Part shown: one piece after another, positions 40,320 through 51,764 of the stretch
Layout of the letters: each line of letters begins with the position of its first letter
How positions within the stretch are numbered: position 1 is the stretch's first letter
Assembly (NCBI GenBank): GCA_036564325.1
Contig: DATCPD010000254.1
Span: forward strand, 1 to 56,793
Direction: 5' to 3'
DNA from: Solirubrobacteraceae bacterium
Lineage (GTDB): Bacteria > Actinomycetota > Thermoleophilia > Solirubrobacterales > Solirubrobacteraceae
DNA length: 56,793 nt
Made by a program: the position numbers and the translations under genes
Notes under the pieces: model-generated
Seen by the model: only the letters and a program-made list of their open reading frames with translations
What the model was told of the DNA's origin: nothing
Database searches by the model: none

Positions 40320-41606
40320 ATGGGCGGGGTGCTGAGCACGATCGGCGCCGGCTTCAAGGACGCCTTCCTGATGGCCTACGAAGTGTGGTGGGCGTTGGTG
40401 CTCGGCTTCGCCACCTCCGCCATCGTCCAGGCGTGGGTGCCACGCGAGCGCATCGAGGCCAGCCTCGGCGGCTCCGGGATTCGGCCCATCACCCGCGCGA
40501 CGGTGCTCGGGGCCGCGTCATCGTCGTGCTCGTATGCCGCGATCGCGATCGCCAAGTCGCTGTTTCAAAAGGGCGCCTCGGCGGCGTCGGCATTGGCGTT
40601 CCAGTTCGCCTCGACAAACCTGGTGATCGAGCTCGGGATCGTCATGTGGCTGCTGATCGGCTGGCAGTTCACGCTGGCGGAGTTCGTCGGGGGGCTGGTC
40701 CTGATCGCTGTCATGACCCTGCTGCTGCGTGTGTTCGTCTCACCACGGCTCGAGGCCCAGGCGCGTGAGCACGCGCGCGAGGCCGACGCCGGCCATCAGC
40801 ACCACGCGGCTCATCAGCGGCTGGGCTTTCGGGAGCGGCTGACCTCGGCCGATGCATGGTCGGACGTGGCCCACAACTTTCGCAACGACTGGGGGATGGT
40901 GTGGAAGGAGATCATCACCGGCTTCTTCCTCGCCGGCTTCGTGGCCCAGCTGGGCAACAACTTCTTCAACGGCCTGTTCATCAAGGACGCTCCCGCGGGG
41001 ATCAGGACGATCGAGAACGTGATCGTCGGTCCGGTGATCGCCGTCCTCTCGTTCGTCTGCTCGGTCGGCAACGTTCCGCTGGCCGCCGTGCTGTGGTCAG
41101 GCGGAATCACCTTCGGCGGCGTCGTCGCCTTCATCTTCGCCGACCTGATCGTGCTCCCGATCATCGCGATCTACCGGAAGTACTATGGCTCGGCGTTCGC
41201 GCTCCGGATCACCGCGCTGATGTTCGTCACGATGGTCATCGCCGCGCTGATCGTCGACGGACTGTTTCACGTCGCCGGGATCGTGCCGCACACGCGACCC
41301 ACCCGGGCTGACGTCTTTGGCTCGATTCAGCTGGATGCCAAGCTGTTCCTCGACGTCCTCGGCTTCGTCGTGTTCGCCGCGCTCTTCCTTCTCACCGCCC
41401 GGCGCGGAGCCACCGACCCCGAGTGCGGGATGAAGGTCGACCGCAAGAAGGCGTTCGTCTCAGAACGGGACGGACGCAGCGTCTACTTCTGCTCCGAGCA
41501 CTGCAAGCACGTGTTCGAGAGCCGCGCCCTAGATGATCCCGGTGAGCACCAGCACGCCGATCGCGAAGAGCACGAGGGCGGTGAACACATTACCCCAGCG
41601 GTCTAG
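40320..41606 (+). CDS. Permease (DUF318/ArsP-like) with C-terminal YHS domain
   Basis: SSSCSYAA, FVCSVGNVP, multiple TMs; TDPECGMKV...YFCSEHC. Confidence 0.85.
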   Translation: MGGVLSTIGAGFKDAFLMAYEVWWALVLGFATSAIVQAWVPRERIEASLGGSGIRPITRATVLGAASSSCSYAAIAIAKSLFQKGASAASALAFQFASTNLVIELGIVMWLLIGWQFTLAEFVGGLVLIAVMTLLLRVFVSPRLEAQAREHAREADAGHQHHAAHQRLGFRERLTSADAWSDVAHNFRNDWGMVWKEIITGFFLAGFVAQLGNNFFNGLFIKDAPAGIRTIENVIVGPVIAVLSFVCSVGNVPLAAVLWSGGITFGGVVAFIFADLIVLPIIAIYRKYYGSAFALRITALMFVTMVIAALIVDGLFHVAGIVPHTRPTRADVFGSIQLDAKLFLDVLGFVVFAALFLLTARRGATDPECGMKVDRKKAFVSERDGRSVYFCSEHCKHVFESRALDDPGEHQHADREEHEGGEHITPAV

Positions 41607-42245
41607 CCACTGACCCTGGATCTGGTAGCCGCCAAAGCACGCGAACAGGGTCAGCGTGACGATCGTCCCGATCGTCACGGCCGAGAAGACGATCAGCGCG
41701 CCGACCGCGGCGGCCGCGCCGGCGGCCGCGGCGGCCAGGAACACCGGGAGGATCGTCAGGTCAGGCGACGCCGCGGCGCCGAACGGCACCATGACCGCGG
41801 CGAGCCCGCGGGCGCGACTCTCAGGCGGCGAGTGCGAATGCGACTCGTGTTCGTGGGAGTCGTCATGTCCATGGTCGCGTCCGTGTCCGTGTTCGTGTCC
41901 GTGTTCGTGTCCGTGCTCGTGGCTGTGGCTGTGGCCGTGGCCGGTGAGCTCGAGGACGAGGAAGCCGAGGCCGGTGAGGATGAGTACTGCTCCGATGATT
42001 GCGTTCTGGGCACTCTCGATCGCGGAGCGGAATTGGAGACCGAGGGCGATGATGATCCCCCCTAGTATCAGCGAGACGAGGACGTGCGCAACGCCCGCGA
42101 GCAGCGAGAGACGGGCGACCCTGCGCAGCGAGAGCTTCTGCGTGCGACCGACCACGGCCAGCGGCACCCAGTGGTCAGGCAGGATCGCGTGGCCGAGGCC
42201 CACGCCCGCGGCAGCGCCGATCAGCGCCGGAGTCGTGCCGCTCAT
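41529..42245 (-). CDS. His-rich Ni/Co transporter (RcnA/NicO-like)
   Basis: GHAILPDHW, HVLVS, His-rich central loop, about 6 TMs. Confidence 0.8.
   Translation of the reverse strand: MSGTTPALIGAAAGVGLGHAILPDHWVPLAVVGRTQKLSLRRVARLSLLAGVAHVLVSLILGGIIIALGLQFRSAIESAQNAIIGAVLILTGLGFLVLELTGHGHSHSHEHGHEHGHEHGHGRDHGHDDSHEHESHSHSPPESRARGLAAVMVPFGAAASPDLTILPVFLAAAAAGAAAAVGALIVFSAVTIGTIVTLTLFACFGGYQIQGQWLDRWGNVFTALVLFAIGVLVLTGII
41845..41940 (-). repeat. His-rich low-complexity tract with 12-bp tandem units
   Basis: (ccgtgttcgtgt) about x3 at 41887-41922, encoding HEHG repeats on the minus strand. Confidence 0.8.
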
Positions 42246-42604
42246 GCACTCACCGCGGCCTGGCTCGGATGCGCGGCCAGCCCGAGTCGGAGATGCTCCA
42301 CGTGCGAGACCGCCTCAGCCAGAAGCACACCGACGTGGTCGTCGTGCAGGGCGTAGATGACCTGCCGACCGCGGCGCTCGCCGACGACCAGACCCAGGTG
42401 GCGCAGCACCCTCAGCTGCTGGGAAACGGCCGGCTGCTCCATCTCGACATCCCGCGCGAGCTCAGTCACCGAGCACTCGCCGGCGCCGAGCCGGCTGAGG
42501 ATGCGGACGCGGCTCGGCGTGGCCAGCGCCTGCATCGTGTCGGCCACCACGCGCGCCGTCCCCGAGTCCAGGTAGGCCAGATTCACCTCGTGCCCGTGGG
42601 TCAT
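42242..42604 (-). CDS. ArsR/SmtB family repressor, NmtR-like
   Basis: N-terminal THGH, ALATPSRVRIL, VSQQLRVLR, C-terminal HDDHV...SHVEH alpha5 site. Confidence 0.85.
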   Translation of the reverse strand: MTHGHEVNLAYLDSGTARVVADTMQALATPSRVRILSRLGAGECSVTELARDVEMEQPAVSQQLRVLRHLGLVVGERRGRQVIYALHDDHVGVLLAEAVSHVEHLRLGLAAHPSQAAVSA

Positions 42605-42668
42605 GCTCACATTCTTGCATGAACAGTTCTGCATGCGTGGCGAACGCGTTGTGGCGTACGCTGCTGCC

Positions 42669-44087
42669 ATGTCGGAGTGGCTCGGCTTACGGGCATTCGG
42701 TGGGGAGCGGCCCGCGTTCTGGCAGGGCGTCGTGGTGGCGGCGGTTGCGGTGACGGTCGCCACCGTTGCGATCTATCCGCTGAAGCAGATCGCGCCCGTG
42801 GTGTCGTTGAGCGTGGTGTACCTCCCGGCCGTGTTGCTGGTCTCCGCCTTCGGTGGCCTGGGGCTCGGGCTGCTGACCTCGGCGGTGAGCGCGATGGCGT
42901 TCAATTTCTTCCACCTCCCCCCGGTCGGCCACTTCAGCATCGCCCACGCACATGACTGGGTCGCGCTGGCGGCGTTCACCGTCGCCGCCGCTACGGTGAG
43001 CGCGATGGCCGAGGTCGCGCGCTCTCGCGCGCGGGAGGCGGATTCGCGCCGCGCGGAGGCCGACCTGGCGGCGGGCCTGGCGCAAGAGCTGCTGGCCGGT
43101 GGGCGTACCGAGGCAGCCCTTGGCGGGACGGCGCGGAGAGTGGCGCGGGCCCTGCACATGTCCTCCGCGCGGATCGAGCTGGGCGCGGCACACCCAGGCG
43201 GGCGTCAAGTGGCGATCGCCCTCCGCGGCCGCGACGGCGAACAGACGGCGACACTGCTCGTGCCGCGCGGGCTTCCCGGCGAGACGATGGAGCGGCTGAC
43301 CGACCGAGTGGTGCCCTCCCTCGCCGCGCTGGTCGCGATCGCGCTGGATCGTGATGCGTTGCAGGCCGAGGCGGTCGAGACCGCCGCGCTGCGCCGCAGC
43401 GACGATCTCAAGACCGCGCTGCTTCGAGCCGTTTCGCACGAGTTGCGCTCGCCGCTGACCGCGATGGTGACCGCCGGTCACGCGCTGGGCTCGAGGTCAC
43501 TGAGCGGCGAGGAGCGAGCGCAGCTGAGCGCCGGGGTGGTCGAGGAGGGGGAACGGCTGTCGGCGCTGATCGACAAGCTGCTGGATCTCTCACGACTGCA
43601 GGCCGGCCGCGCGGAGCCGCGGCAGGACTGGGTCTCGATCGAGGAGGTCCTCCTGGCGGCGCGCGAGGCGATGCCCGCCGGCCCAGGGACGGTGCGCTTG
43701 TCGATGGATCCAGATCTGCCGCCGGTGATGGCCGACGTGGCGCAGCTCGAGCGTGTGTTCGCGAACCTGCTCGAGAACGCGCTGCGGTATTCCGGCGGGC
43801 GGCCGGTATCCGTGCACGCGCGCCGGACGGGCGACCGCGTTGTCATCCGCGTGGTTGATCAGGGTCCCGGAATTGGAGCGGGCGAGCAGGAGCGCATTTT
43901 CGAGCCGTTCTACCGCGGCCGGGAGCCGGCGGCGGGCCCGTGGACCGGATCCGGACTGGGCCTGGCGATCGCCAAGGGCTTCGTCGAAGCGAACCATGGG
44001 ACGCTTTCCGTGGAGTCCCTACCGGGGCAGGGCTCGAGCTTCATCGTGTCGCTGCCCTGGTCCGACGCGGATCGGGTCATGGTGTGA
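42669..44087 (+). CDS. kdpD: KdpD-type membrane histidine kinase lacking the N-terminal KdpD/Usp domains
   Basis: 4-TM DUF4118-like region (AFNFFHLPP), VSHELRSPL, NLLENA, DQGPGI, GSGLGL; TACGCT -10 6 nt upstream. Confidence 0.85.
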   Translation: MSEWLGLRAFGGERPAFWQGVVVAAVAVTVATVAIYPLKQIAPVVSLSVVYLPAVLLVSAFGGLGLGLLTSAVSAMAFNFFHLPPVGHFSIAHAHDWVALAAFTVAAATVSAMAEVARSRAREADSRRAEADLAAGLAQELLAGGRTEAALGGTARRVARALHMSSARIELGAAHPGGRQVAIALRGRDGEQTATLLVPRGLPGETMERLTDRVVPSLAALVAIALDRDALQAEAVETAALRRSDDLKTALLRAVSHELRSPLTAMVTAGHALGSRSLSGEERAQLSAGVVEEGERLSALIDKLLDLSRLQAGRAEPRQDWVSIEEVLLAAREAMPAGPGTVRLSMDPDLPPVMADVAQLERVFANLLENALRYSGGRPVSVHARRTGDRVVIRVVDQGPGIGAGEQERIFEPFYRGREPAAGPWTGSGLGLAIAKGFVEANHGTLSVESLPGQGSSFIVSLPWSDADRVMV

Positions 44088-44764
44088 GCGACCGTCCGCT
44101 GGTCCTCGTGTGCGATGACGAAACGCAGATCCTGCGGGCGCTGCGGGTGATCCTCCGCGACGCGGGCTACGAATCGCTGCCGGCCGAGAACGGCGAGGAG
44201 GCGCTGGACGCCGCAGCCGTACGGCATCCCGAGGCCGCGATCGTCGACCTGGTGCTTCCGGACATGGACGGAGTCGAGGTGTGCCGGAAGCTCCGAGAGT
44301 GGAGCGAGATTCCGATCATCGTGTTATCAGCGGTGGGCGACGAGGAGGCCAAGGTCCGCGCGCTGGCGGCCGGGGCGGATGACTACGTGACCAAGCCGTT
44401 CGGACCGCGAGAGCTGATCGCCCGGCTGCAGGCGGTGCTGCGACGGGTCGGCCCCGAGCGCGATGACTCGGTCATCCGGGCTGACGGCCTGGAGGTCGAC
44501 CTGGGGGCCAGAGTGGTTCGGCGCGACGGCCAGGAGGTGCATCTGACGCCGACCGAGTTCGATCTGCTGCGGATGCTGGCGCGCAACCGCGGCCGGCTCG
44601 TCACCTACCGAGAGCTGCTCGTGTCGGTGTGGGGCCAGGCCTACGCTGGGGATACGCAGGTGCTGCGCGCGCACGTGGCCAATCTGCGCCGCAAGATCGA
44701 GCCCCCGGATGGACTGCGGTACATCAAGACCGATCCGCGGGTCGGCTACCGCTTCGGCGCATAG
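44084..44764 (+). CDS. kdpE: KdpE-type OmpR family response regulator
   Basis: DDETQILRAL, DLVLPD, ADDYVTKPF, LTPTEF, LRAHVANLRRK; GTGA overlap. Confidence 0.88.
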   Translation: MSDRPLVLVCDDETQILRALRVILRDAGYESLPAENGEEALDAAAVRHPEAAIVDLVLPDMDGVEVCRKLREWSEIPIIVLSAVGDEEAKVRALAAGADDYVTKPFGPRELIARLQAVLRRVGPERDDSVIRADGLEVDLGARVVRRDGQEVHLTPTEFDLLRMLARNRGRLVTYRELLVSVWGQAYAGDTQVLRAHVANLRRKIEPPDGLRYIKTDPRVGYRFGA

Positions 44765-44791
44765 TCGTAGTAGCAGTAGCCGGCCGCGCAT

Positions 44792-44840
44792 CTTCACAGA
44801 ACCTGTATGCCCCAGCGGTGATTCTGTACGCCTCCTTCAC
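44792..44840 (+). promoter_or_regulatory. Phased direct repeats, probable KdpE binding sites
   Basis: CTTCAC(44792), CTGTAT(44803), CTGTAC(44824), CTTCAC(44835): spacing 11/21/11 nt upstream of the kdp transcript. Confidence 0.6.
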
Positions 44841-44863
44841 GGACCGAGGCCCACGATTGCGTC

Positions 44864-45385
44864 ATGGCTTTTTCTCCCACCGCGATCACCGCCTCAGACA
44901 CCGGCCTCGCCGACGAACGCGTCTACGTCCGCCGGCACCGGATCATGCTGCGCCTGCGCGTCTGGATGGCGACCCAACGGCTTGATGCCAGCCTGGCCGC
45001 CGGCGCACCGCTGAACCGTGACCCCCTCATCGCGCTCCGCGCCGCGCAGCTCGCGTCCCGGCGCGAGCGCCAGCGCCTCGCGATGGCGCTCGACGCGGTC
45101 TGTGCCGAGCGGCCCGCCCGACCGGGCATTTCCGCCTCGGTGTCGGTGCCCGCAGATTCTCTGGTCCTAGCCCGTCCGGCGCTGGAGCAACTGGCTGGGG
45201 CGCTTCGCTCACCTGGCTCGCTCGAGCCGCACGGCATCGCGCTCACCAGGTTGCTGTTGACCGAGCCCGGCAGCCCCCTGTATCAGGCCGCTCAGCCTGA
45301 GGCGCTCTACACCGCTGCCTGCGGCGCGCTGCTCGCGCTCATGCCACGCACAGACCGCATGACGTATCTGAACGGACACCGATGA
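44864..45385 (+). CDS. Hypothetical protein, first gene of the kdp operon
   Basis: 173-aa ORF; CACGAT 6 nt before ATG; ATGA overlap with the next small ORF. Confidence 0.65.
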   Translation: MAFSPTAITASDTGLADERVYVRRHRIMLRLRVWMATQRLDASLAAGAPLNRDPLIALRAAQLASRRERQRLAMALDAVCAERPARPGISASVSVPADSLVLARPALEQLAGALRSPGSLEPHGIALTRLLLTEPGSPLYQAAQPEALYTAACGALLALMPRTDRMTYLNGHR

Positions 45386-45468
45386 CGATGGACGTCGCGG
45401 CCGTACTTCTGGCAGTCGTCATGTTCGCCGTGCTGTTGGCCCTACTCGCCGGGATCGACCGGATATGA
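45382..45468 (+). CDS. 28-aa single-TM peptide upstream of kdpF
   Basis: MTMDVAAVLLAVVMFAVLLALLAGIDRI*; ATGA overlaps at both ends; below the ORF-track cutoff. Confidence 0.75.
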   Translation: MTMDVAAVLLAVVMFAVLLALLAGIDRI

Positions 45469-45554
45469 GCGGCGCCGACCTTTTCGGACTGATCGTCTCG
45501 GTGATCGTATGCGTGTATCTGCTCTACGCGCTGCTGCGCGGTGAGAAGTTCTGA
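45465..45554 (+). CDS. kdpF: K+-transporting ATPase subunit F
   Basis: MSGADLFGLIVSVIVCVYLLYALLRGEKF*, with the YLLYALL..E.F signature; TGATG overlap with kdpA. Confidence 0.9.
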   Translation: MSGADLFGLIVSVIVCVYLLYALLRGEKF

Positions 45555-47323
45555 TGACCTTCCTCGGGTGGCTGACGATCTTCCTGTTCGTGGCGATCCT
45601 CACCGCGCTGGCGATCCCGTTCGGCCGTTATCTCGCGTCGGTCTACACGGGCGAGCGCACCTTCCTTGACCCGGTTCTTCGTCGCCCGGAGCGTCTGCTG
45701 TACCGCGTCATGCGCGTCGACGTCAGCAAGGGGCAGGATTGGAAGGGGTACGCGAAGAGCCTGATCATCTTCTCGCTCGCGGGCTGGCTGCTGCTGTACG
45801 TGATCCTGCGCACGCAGACGTTGTGGAACTTCACCGGGCTGAACCCACAGCACTTTCACTCCGGCACCTGGGACGTGACGTTCAACACCACGTCCTCGTT
45901 CCTGACCAACACGAACTGGCAGTACTACGGCGGCGAGACGACGATGAGCTACTTCAGCCAGATGGCCGGGCTGACGGTGCAGAACTTCCTCTCGGCCGCG
46001 GTCGGGATCGTCGTGGCGGTTGCGCTGATCCGCGGGATCATCAGCCGCAGTGGCAAGAGCCTGGGCAACTTCTGGCAGGACATCGTCCGCACGACGCTGT
46101 ACGTGCTACTGCCAATCTCGGTCGTGCTCGCGCTCGTGCTCGTTTTTCAGGGCTCGATCCAGAACTTCTCCCACTACCTGACCTCAAGCGGCCTCACCAG
46201 CGGCGGCTCGCAGACGATCGGCATGGGACCGGTCGCCTCCCAGGAGGCGATCAAGCTGCTGGGGACCAACGGGGGCGGATTCTTCAACGTCAACTCGGCC
46301 CATCCGTTCGAGAACCCGAGCGGATTCACGAACTTCGTGGAGATGCTGGCGGTGCTGATCATCCCGGCCGCGCTGGTGTTCATGTACGGCCGGATGACCG
46401 GCAAGCGCCGCCAGGGCTACGCGATCTACGCCACGATGATGGTGATGTTCCTCGGGGCGGTGGTGGTCGCCTACGTCGCCGAGGCGCACGGGTCACCGGC
46501 ACAGCATGCCGCCGGGCTGCACACCCACGTGCTCGCCGGCTCCACGGGCGGCAACCTGGAGGGCAAGGACCAGCGGTTCGGGATCGCCGGATCGGCGCTG
46601 TTCGACGTGGTCACGACGGTCACGTCCTGTGGCGCGGTGAACAGCTCGCTGGAATCGTTCACCGGCATCGGCGGCGCCGTTCCGTTCGCGAACCTGTCGG
46701 CGAGCGAGACGATCTTCGGCGGCGTCGGGACGGGCCTGTACTCGATCCTGCTCTATGTCCTGCTCGCGGTGTTCATAGGCGGCCTGATGGTCGGGCGCAC
46801 CCCCGAGTACCTGGGCAAGAAGATCGAGGCGCGGGAGATCAAGCTGGTCGTCCTCGGTCTCCTCATCACGCCTCTGTTCGCGCTGTTCTCGACCGCGCTG
46901 GCGGCGGCAAGTAAACCCGGGCGAGCGTCGATCTTCAGCCCCGGCAGGCCTCAGGGCTTCTCGGAGACGTTCTACGCCTACCTCTCTCAGGCCAACAACA
47001 ACGGCTCGGCGTTGGCGGGCTACACCGGGTACGTCCAGCCTCAGGCCGGCAACCTAGGGGCGCACGGCGTGAAGTTCGCCGACATCCTCGGCGCAGTCAC
47101 GATGACGTTCGGGCGCTATGCGCCGATCCTGTTCGCGCTCGCGGTCGCCGGCTCCCTGGCCGGCAAGCGAATCAGCCCCGTCGGCCTCGGGACGATGCGC
47201 AGCGACAACCCGACCTTCGTCGTCCTCCTGATCGGGGTGATCGTGCTCGTCGGAGCTCTCACCTTCTTCCCCGCCCTGCTGCTCGGACCAATCGTGCAGG
47301 GCCTGACCGGACATCTCTACTGA
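45554..47323 (+). CDS. kdpA: K+-transporting ATPase subunit A
   Basis: FLTNTNWQ, LGTNGGGFF, TSCGAVN, GRTPEYLGKK, NNNGSA. Confidence 0.96.
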   Translation: MTFLGWLTIFLFVAILTALAIPFGRYLASVYTGERTFLDPVLRRPERLLYRVMRVDVSKGQDWKGYAKSLIIFSLAGWLLLYVILRTQTLWNFTGLNPQHFHSGTWDVTFNTTSSFLTNTNWQYYGGETTMSYFSQMAGLTVQNFLSAAVGIVVAVALIRGIISRSGKSLGNFWQDIVRTTLYVLLPISVVLALVLVFQGSIQNFSHYLTSSGLTSGGSQTIGMGPVASQEAIKLLGTNGGGFFNVNSAHPFENPSGFTNFVEMLAVLIIPAALVFMYGRMTGKRRQGYAIYATMMVMFLGAVVVAYVAEAHGSPAQHAAGLHTHVLAGSTGGNLEGKDQRFGIAGSALFDVVTTVTSCGAVNSSLESFTGIGGAVPFANLSASETIFGGVGTGLYSILLYVLLAVFIGGLMVGRTPEYLGKKIEAREIKLVVLGLLITPLFALFSTALAAASKPGRASIFSPGRPQGFSETFYAYLSQANNNGSALAGYTGYVQPQAGNLGAHGVKFADILGAVTMTFGRYAPILFALAVAGSLAGKRISPVGLGTMRSDNPTFVVLLIGVIVLVGALTFFPALLLGPIVQGLTGHLY

Positions 47324-47324
47324 T

Positions 47325-47980
47325 ATGAAACGCGACATCATCACCTCCTCGATCGGAATCGTCGTCCTGGCTCTCTTGCTGGGGATCCTCTACCCGCTGT
47401 TCATCACCGGCGTCAGCCAGGTCGCCTTTCCCGGCAACGCCAACGGCCAGCAGGTGACCGTCGGCGGCAAGCTGGTCGGCTCGAAGATCATCGGCCAGCA
47501 GTTCACCGATCAGGTCGTCAAGAACGGCAAGCCACAACTCGACAAGAGCGGCAACCCGATCACCACCCCCGACCCGCGCTACTTCCAGACCCGCCCGTCG
47601 GCCACGGTGCCCGCGGATAACGCGGCAGGCAGTGCGTTCTCCAACGCCGGCCCCAACAACATCGCCACCGAACAGGCGATCGCCGCCAACATCCAGGCGT
47701 ACGTCGCGCTCGAGAGGCCCTACGTGCCGCAGCTCACGGCCGCACAGGTGCCCGTCGACGCCGCCAACACCTCGGCCTCCGGGATCGACCCCGACATCTC
47801 CCCCGCGAACGCGGCGATCCAGGCTCACCGCGTGGCGGCGGTCCGGCATCTGCCACTCGAGCAGGTCACCGCACTCGTGGCGAAGTACACCCACGGGCGC
47901 GGACTGGGCTTCTCCGGCGAGCCGGGCGTGAACGTTCTCCAGCTCAACCTCGCCCTCGACCGGCTGGCCGGAGCGCACTG

Positions 47981-47981
<1 letters not shown>
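47325..47981 (+). CDS. kdpC: K+-transporting ATPase subunit C
   Basis: [45 protein letters not shown]. Confidence 0.95.
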
Positions 47982-50067
<2,086 letters not shown>

Positions 50068-50071
<4 letters not shown>

Positions 50072-51198
50072 ACTCCGTCTCGCCAGGCAACCTGCGCGTC
50101 TTCCTCGGCATGGCCGCCGGAGTCGGAAAGACGTTTCGGATGCTGGCCGAGGGCCACGCGGAACAGGAGGCGGGTCGCGATGTCGTGATCGGGCTGCTCG
50201 ACACCCACGGCCGCTCCGAGACCGCCGCCGCCGCCGAAGGACTCCCGGTCGTCCCGCGTCGCAACGTCGCCTACAGGGACACGACGCTTCAGGAGATGGA
50301 TCTGCCGGCCATCCTGGCGCGAGCGCCTGAGCTCTGCCTGATCGACGAACTGGCCCACACCAACGCTCCCGGGGTCGAGCACGAGAAACGTTACGAGGAC
50401 GTCGAGGATGTGCTGGCGGCCGGGATCGATGTGCTCTCCACGCTCAACGTCCAGCACCTGGAGTCGCTCAACGACCAGATCGCCGAGCTCAGCGGGATCC
50501 GGGTGCGGGAGACGATCCCGGACGCCGCCCTGGGACGGGCCGATGAGGTGGTGATGATCGACCTCACGCCGGAAGCCCTGATCGACCGTCTCCGCGCCGG
50601 GAAGGTCTATCCGGCGGAGCGCATCGACGCCGCGCTCAACAACTTCTTCCGGATCGAGAACCTGTCCGCTCTGCGCGAGGTCGCGCTGCGACAGGTGGCC
50701 GAGGAGATCGCCGACAAACGACTGACGATCCAGGATGCGCTGGGCTCCCGCGAGGGAACCCTCGCCGCCGACGCCCCGCAGGCCGTGGGGGAGCGTCTGC
50801 TCGCCCTGGTGGAGCCGTACCCGGGTGCACAGCGGCTGGTGCGCCGGGCCTGGCGCTCGGCGCAACGCCTCGGGGCCGAGCTGGACCTGCTGTGGATCCG
50901 GCGGCCCGGTGCTCGGCTGTCCGAGGAGCAGGAGCGCTCGCTCACCGCGCTGCGCCAACTCGCGTCCGTCCTCGGTGTCCACCTCCTGAGCGAGGAATCA
51001 GACGACGTACCGCAGGCGATCGCCGAGATCGCACACCGGCGGGGCACGACCTACATCCTGATCGGCCGCGCCCGGCCCGCGCGCGGTCTCGCCCGCCTGC
51101 GCACCCCATTGGTGGAGCGGCTGATCGAGCTCCTGCCCGGTGTCGACATTCGCATCGTCGCCGACCGTTCACGCCGGGGCAACGAGGAGCGGCAGTGA
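50068..51198 (+). CDS. Stand-alone KdpD N-terminal (KdpD + Usp) protein
   Basis: [46 protein letters not shown] followed by a Usp-like domain; no TM or kinase. Confidence 0.9.
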
Positions 51199-51764
51199 GC
51201 CTCCCGCTGGCCGCGGCGATCGTGCTCGGCGCGCTGGCCGTCGGACTCGCTGCCGGCCGCTGGCTGGCCCCTCGCGTTCACCGGCCGGCACCGGACCGGG
51301 CACGCTCGGTCCGGCGTACCCTCGTGCCGTTCACCGGGCAGACGATCTCGCGGCGGGCCTTTGAGGCTGCGGCACGGCTCGCCAAGGCTGAGAACTCGAC
51401 CATCGTCCCAGCGTTCCTCGCCCGCGTCCCGAGGAACCTGCCAATCGACTCCCCGCTTCCCGCTCAGTGCGCCGAGGGGATGCCGTTGCTCGAGGCGATC
51501 GAGCAGCAGGCCACCGCGCAGGGCATCCCGGTTGACGCCCGGGTCGCCCGCGGGCGCACTTACCGTGACGCGCTCAACCGACTCCTGGAGGAGGAGCCCT
51601 TCGACCGGATCATCGTCTCCGCGACCAGCAACGGGGCCGCCGGACTCAGCACCGAGGATCTGCGGTGGCTGTTAGAGCGCGTTCCGGCCGAGGTCCTGAT
51701 CCTCCGACCGGCACCGGACGACACCCGCCGTATCTCGGCACACAGCCTGAACGGTCACTTCTGA
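51195..51764 (+). CDS. Membrane-anchored universal stress (Usp-like) protein
   Basis: N-terminal TM, RTLVPFTG, RGR..RDAL, VLILRP; GTGA overlap. Confidence 0.75.
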   Translation: MSLPLAAAIVLGALAVGLAAGRWLAPRVHRPAPDRARSVRRTLVPFTGQTISRRAFEAAARLAKAENSTIVPAFLARVPRNLPIDSPLPAQCAEGMPLLEAIEQQATAQGIPVDARVARGRTYRDALNRLLEEEPFDRIIVSATSNGAAGLSTEDLRWLLERVPAEVLILRPAPDDTRRISAHSLNGHF

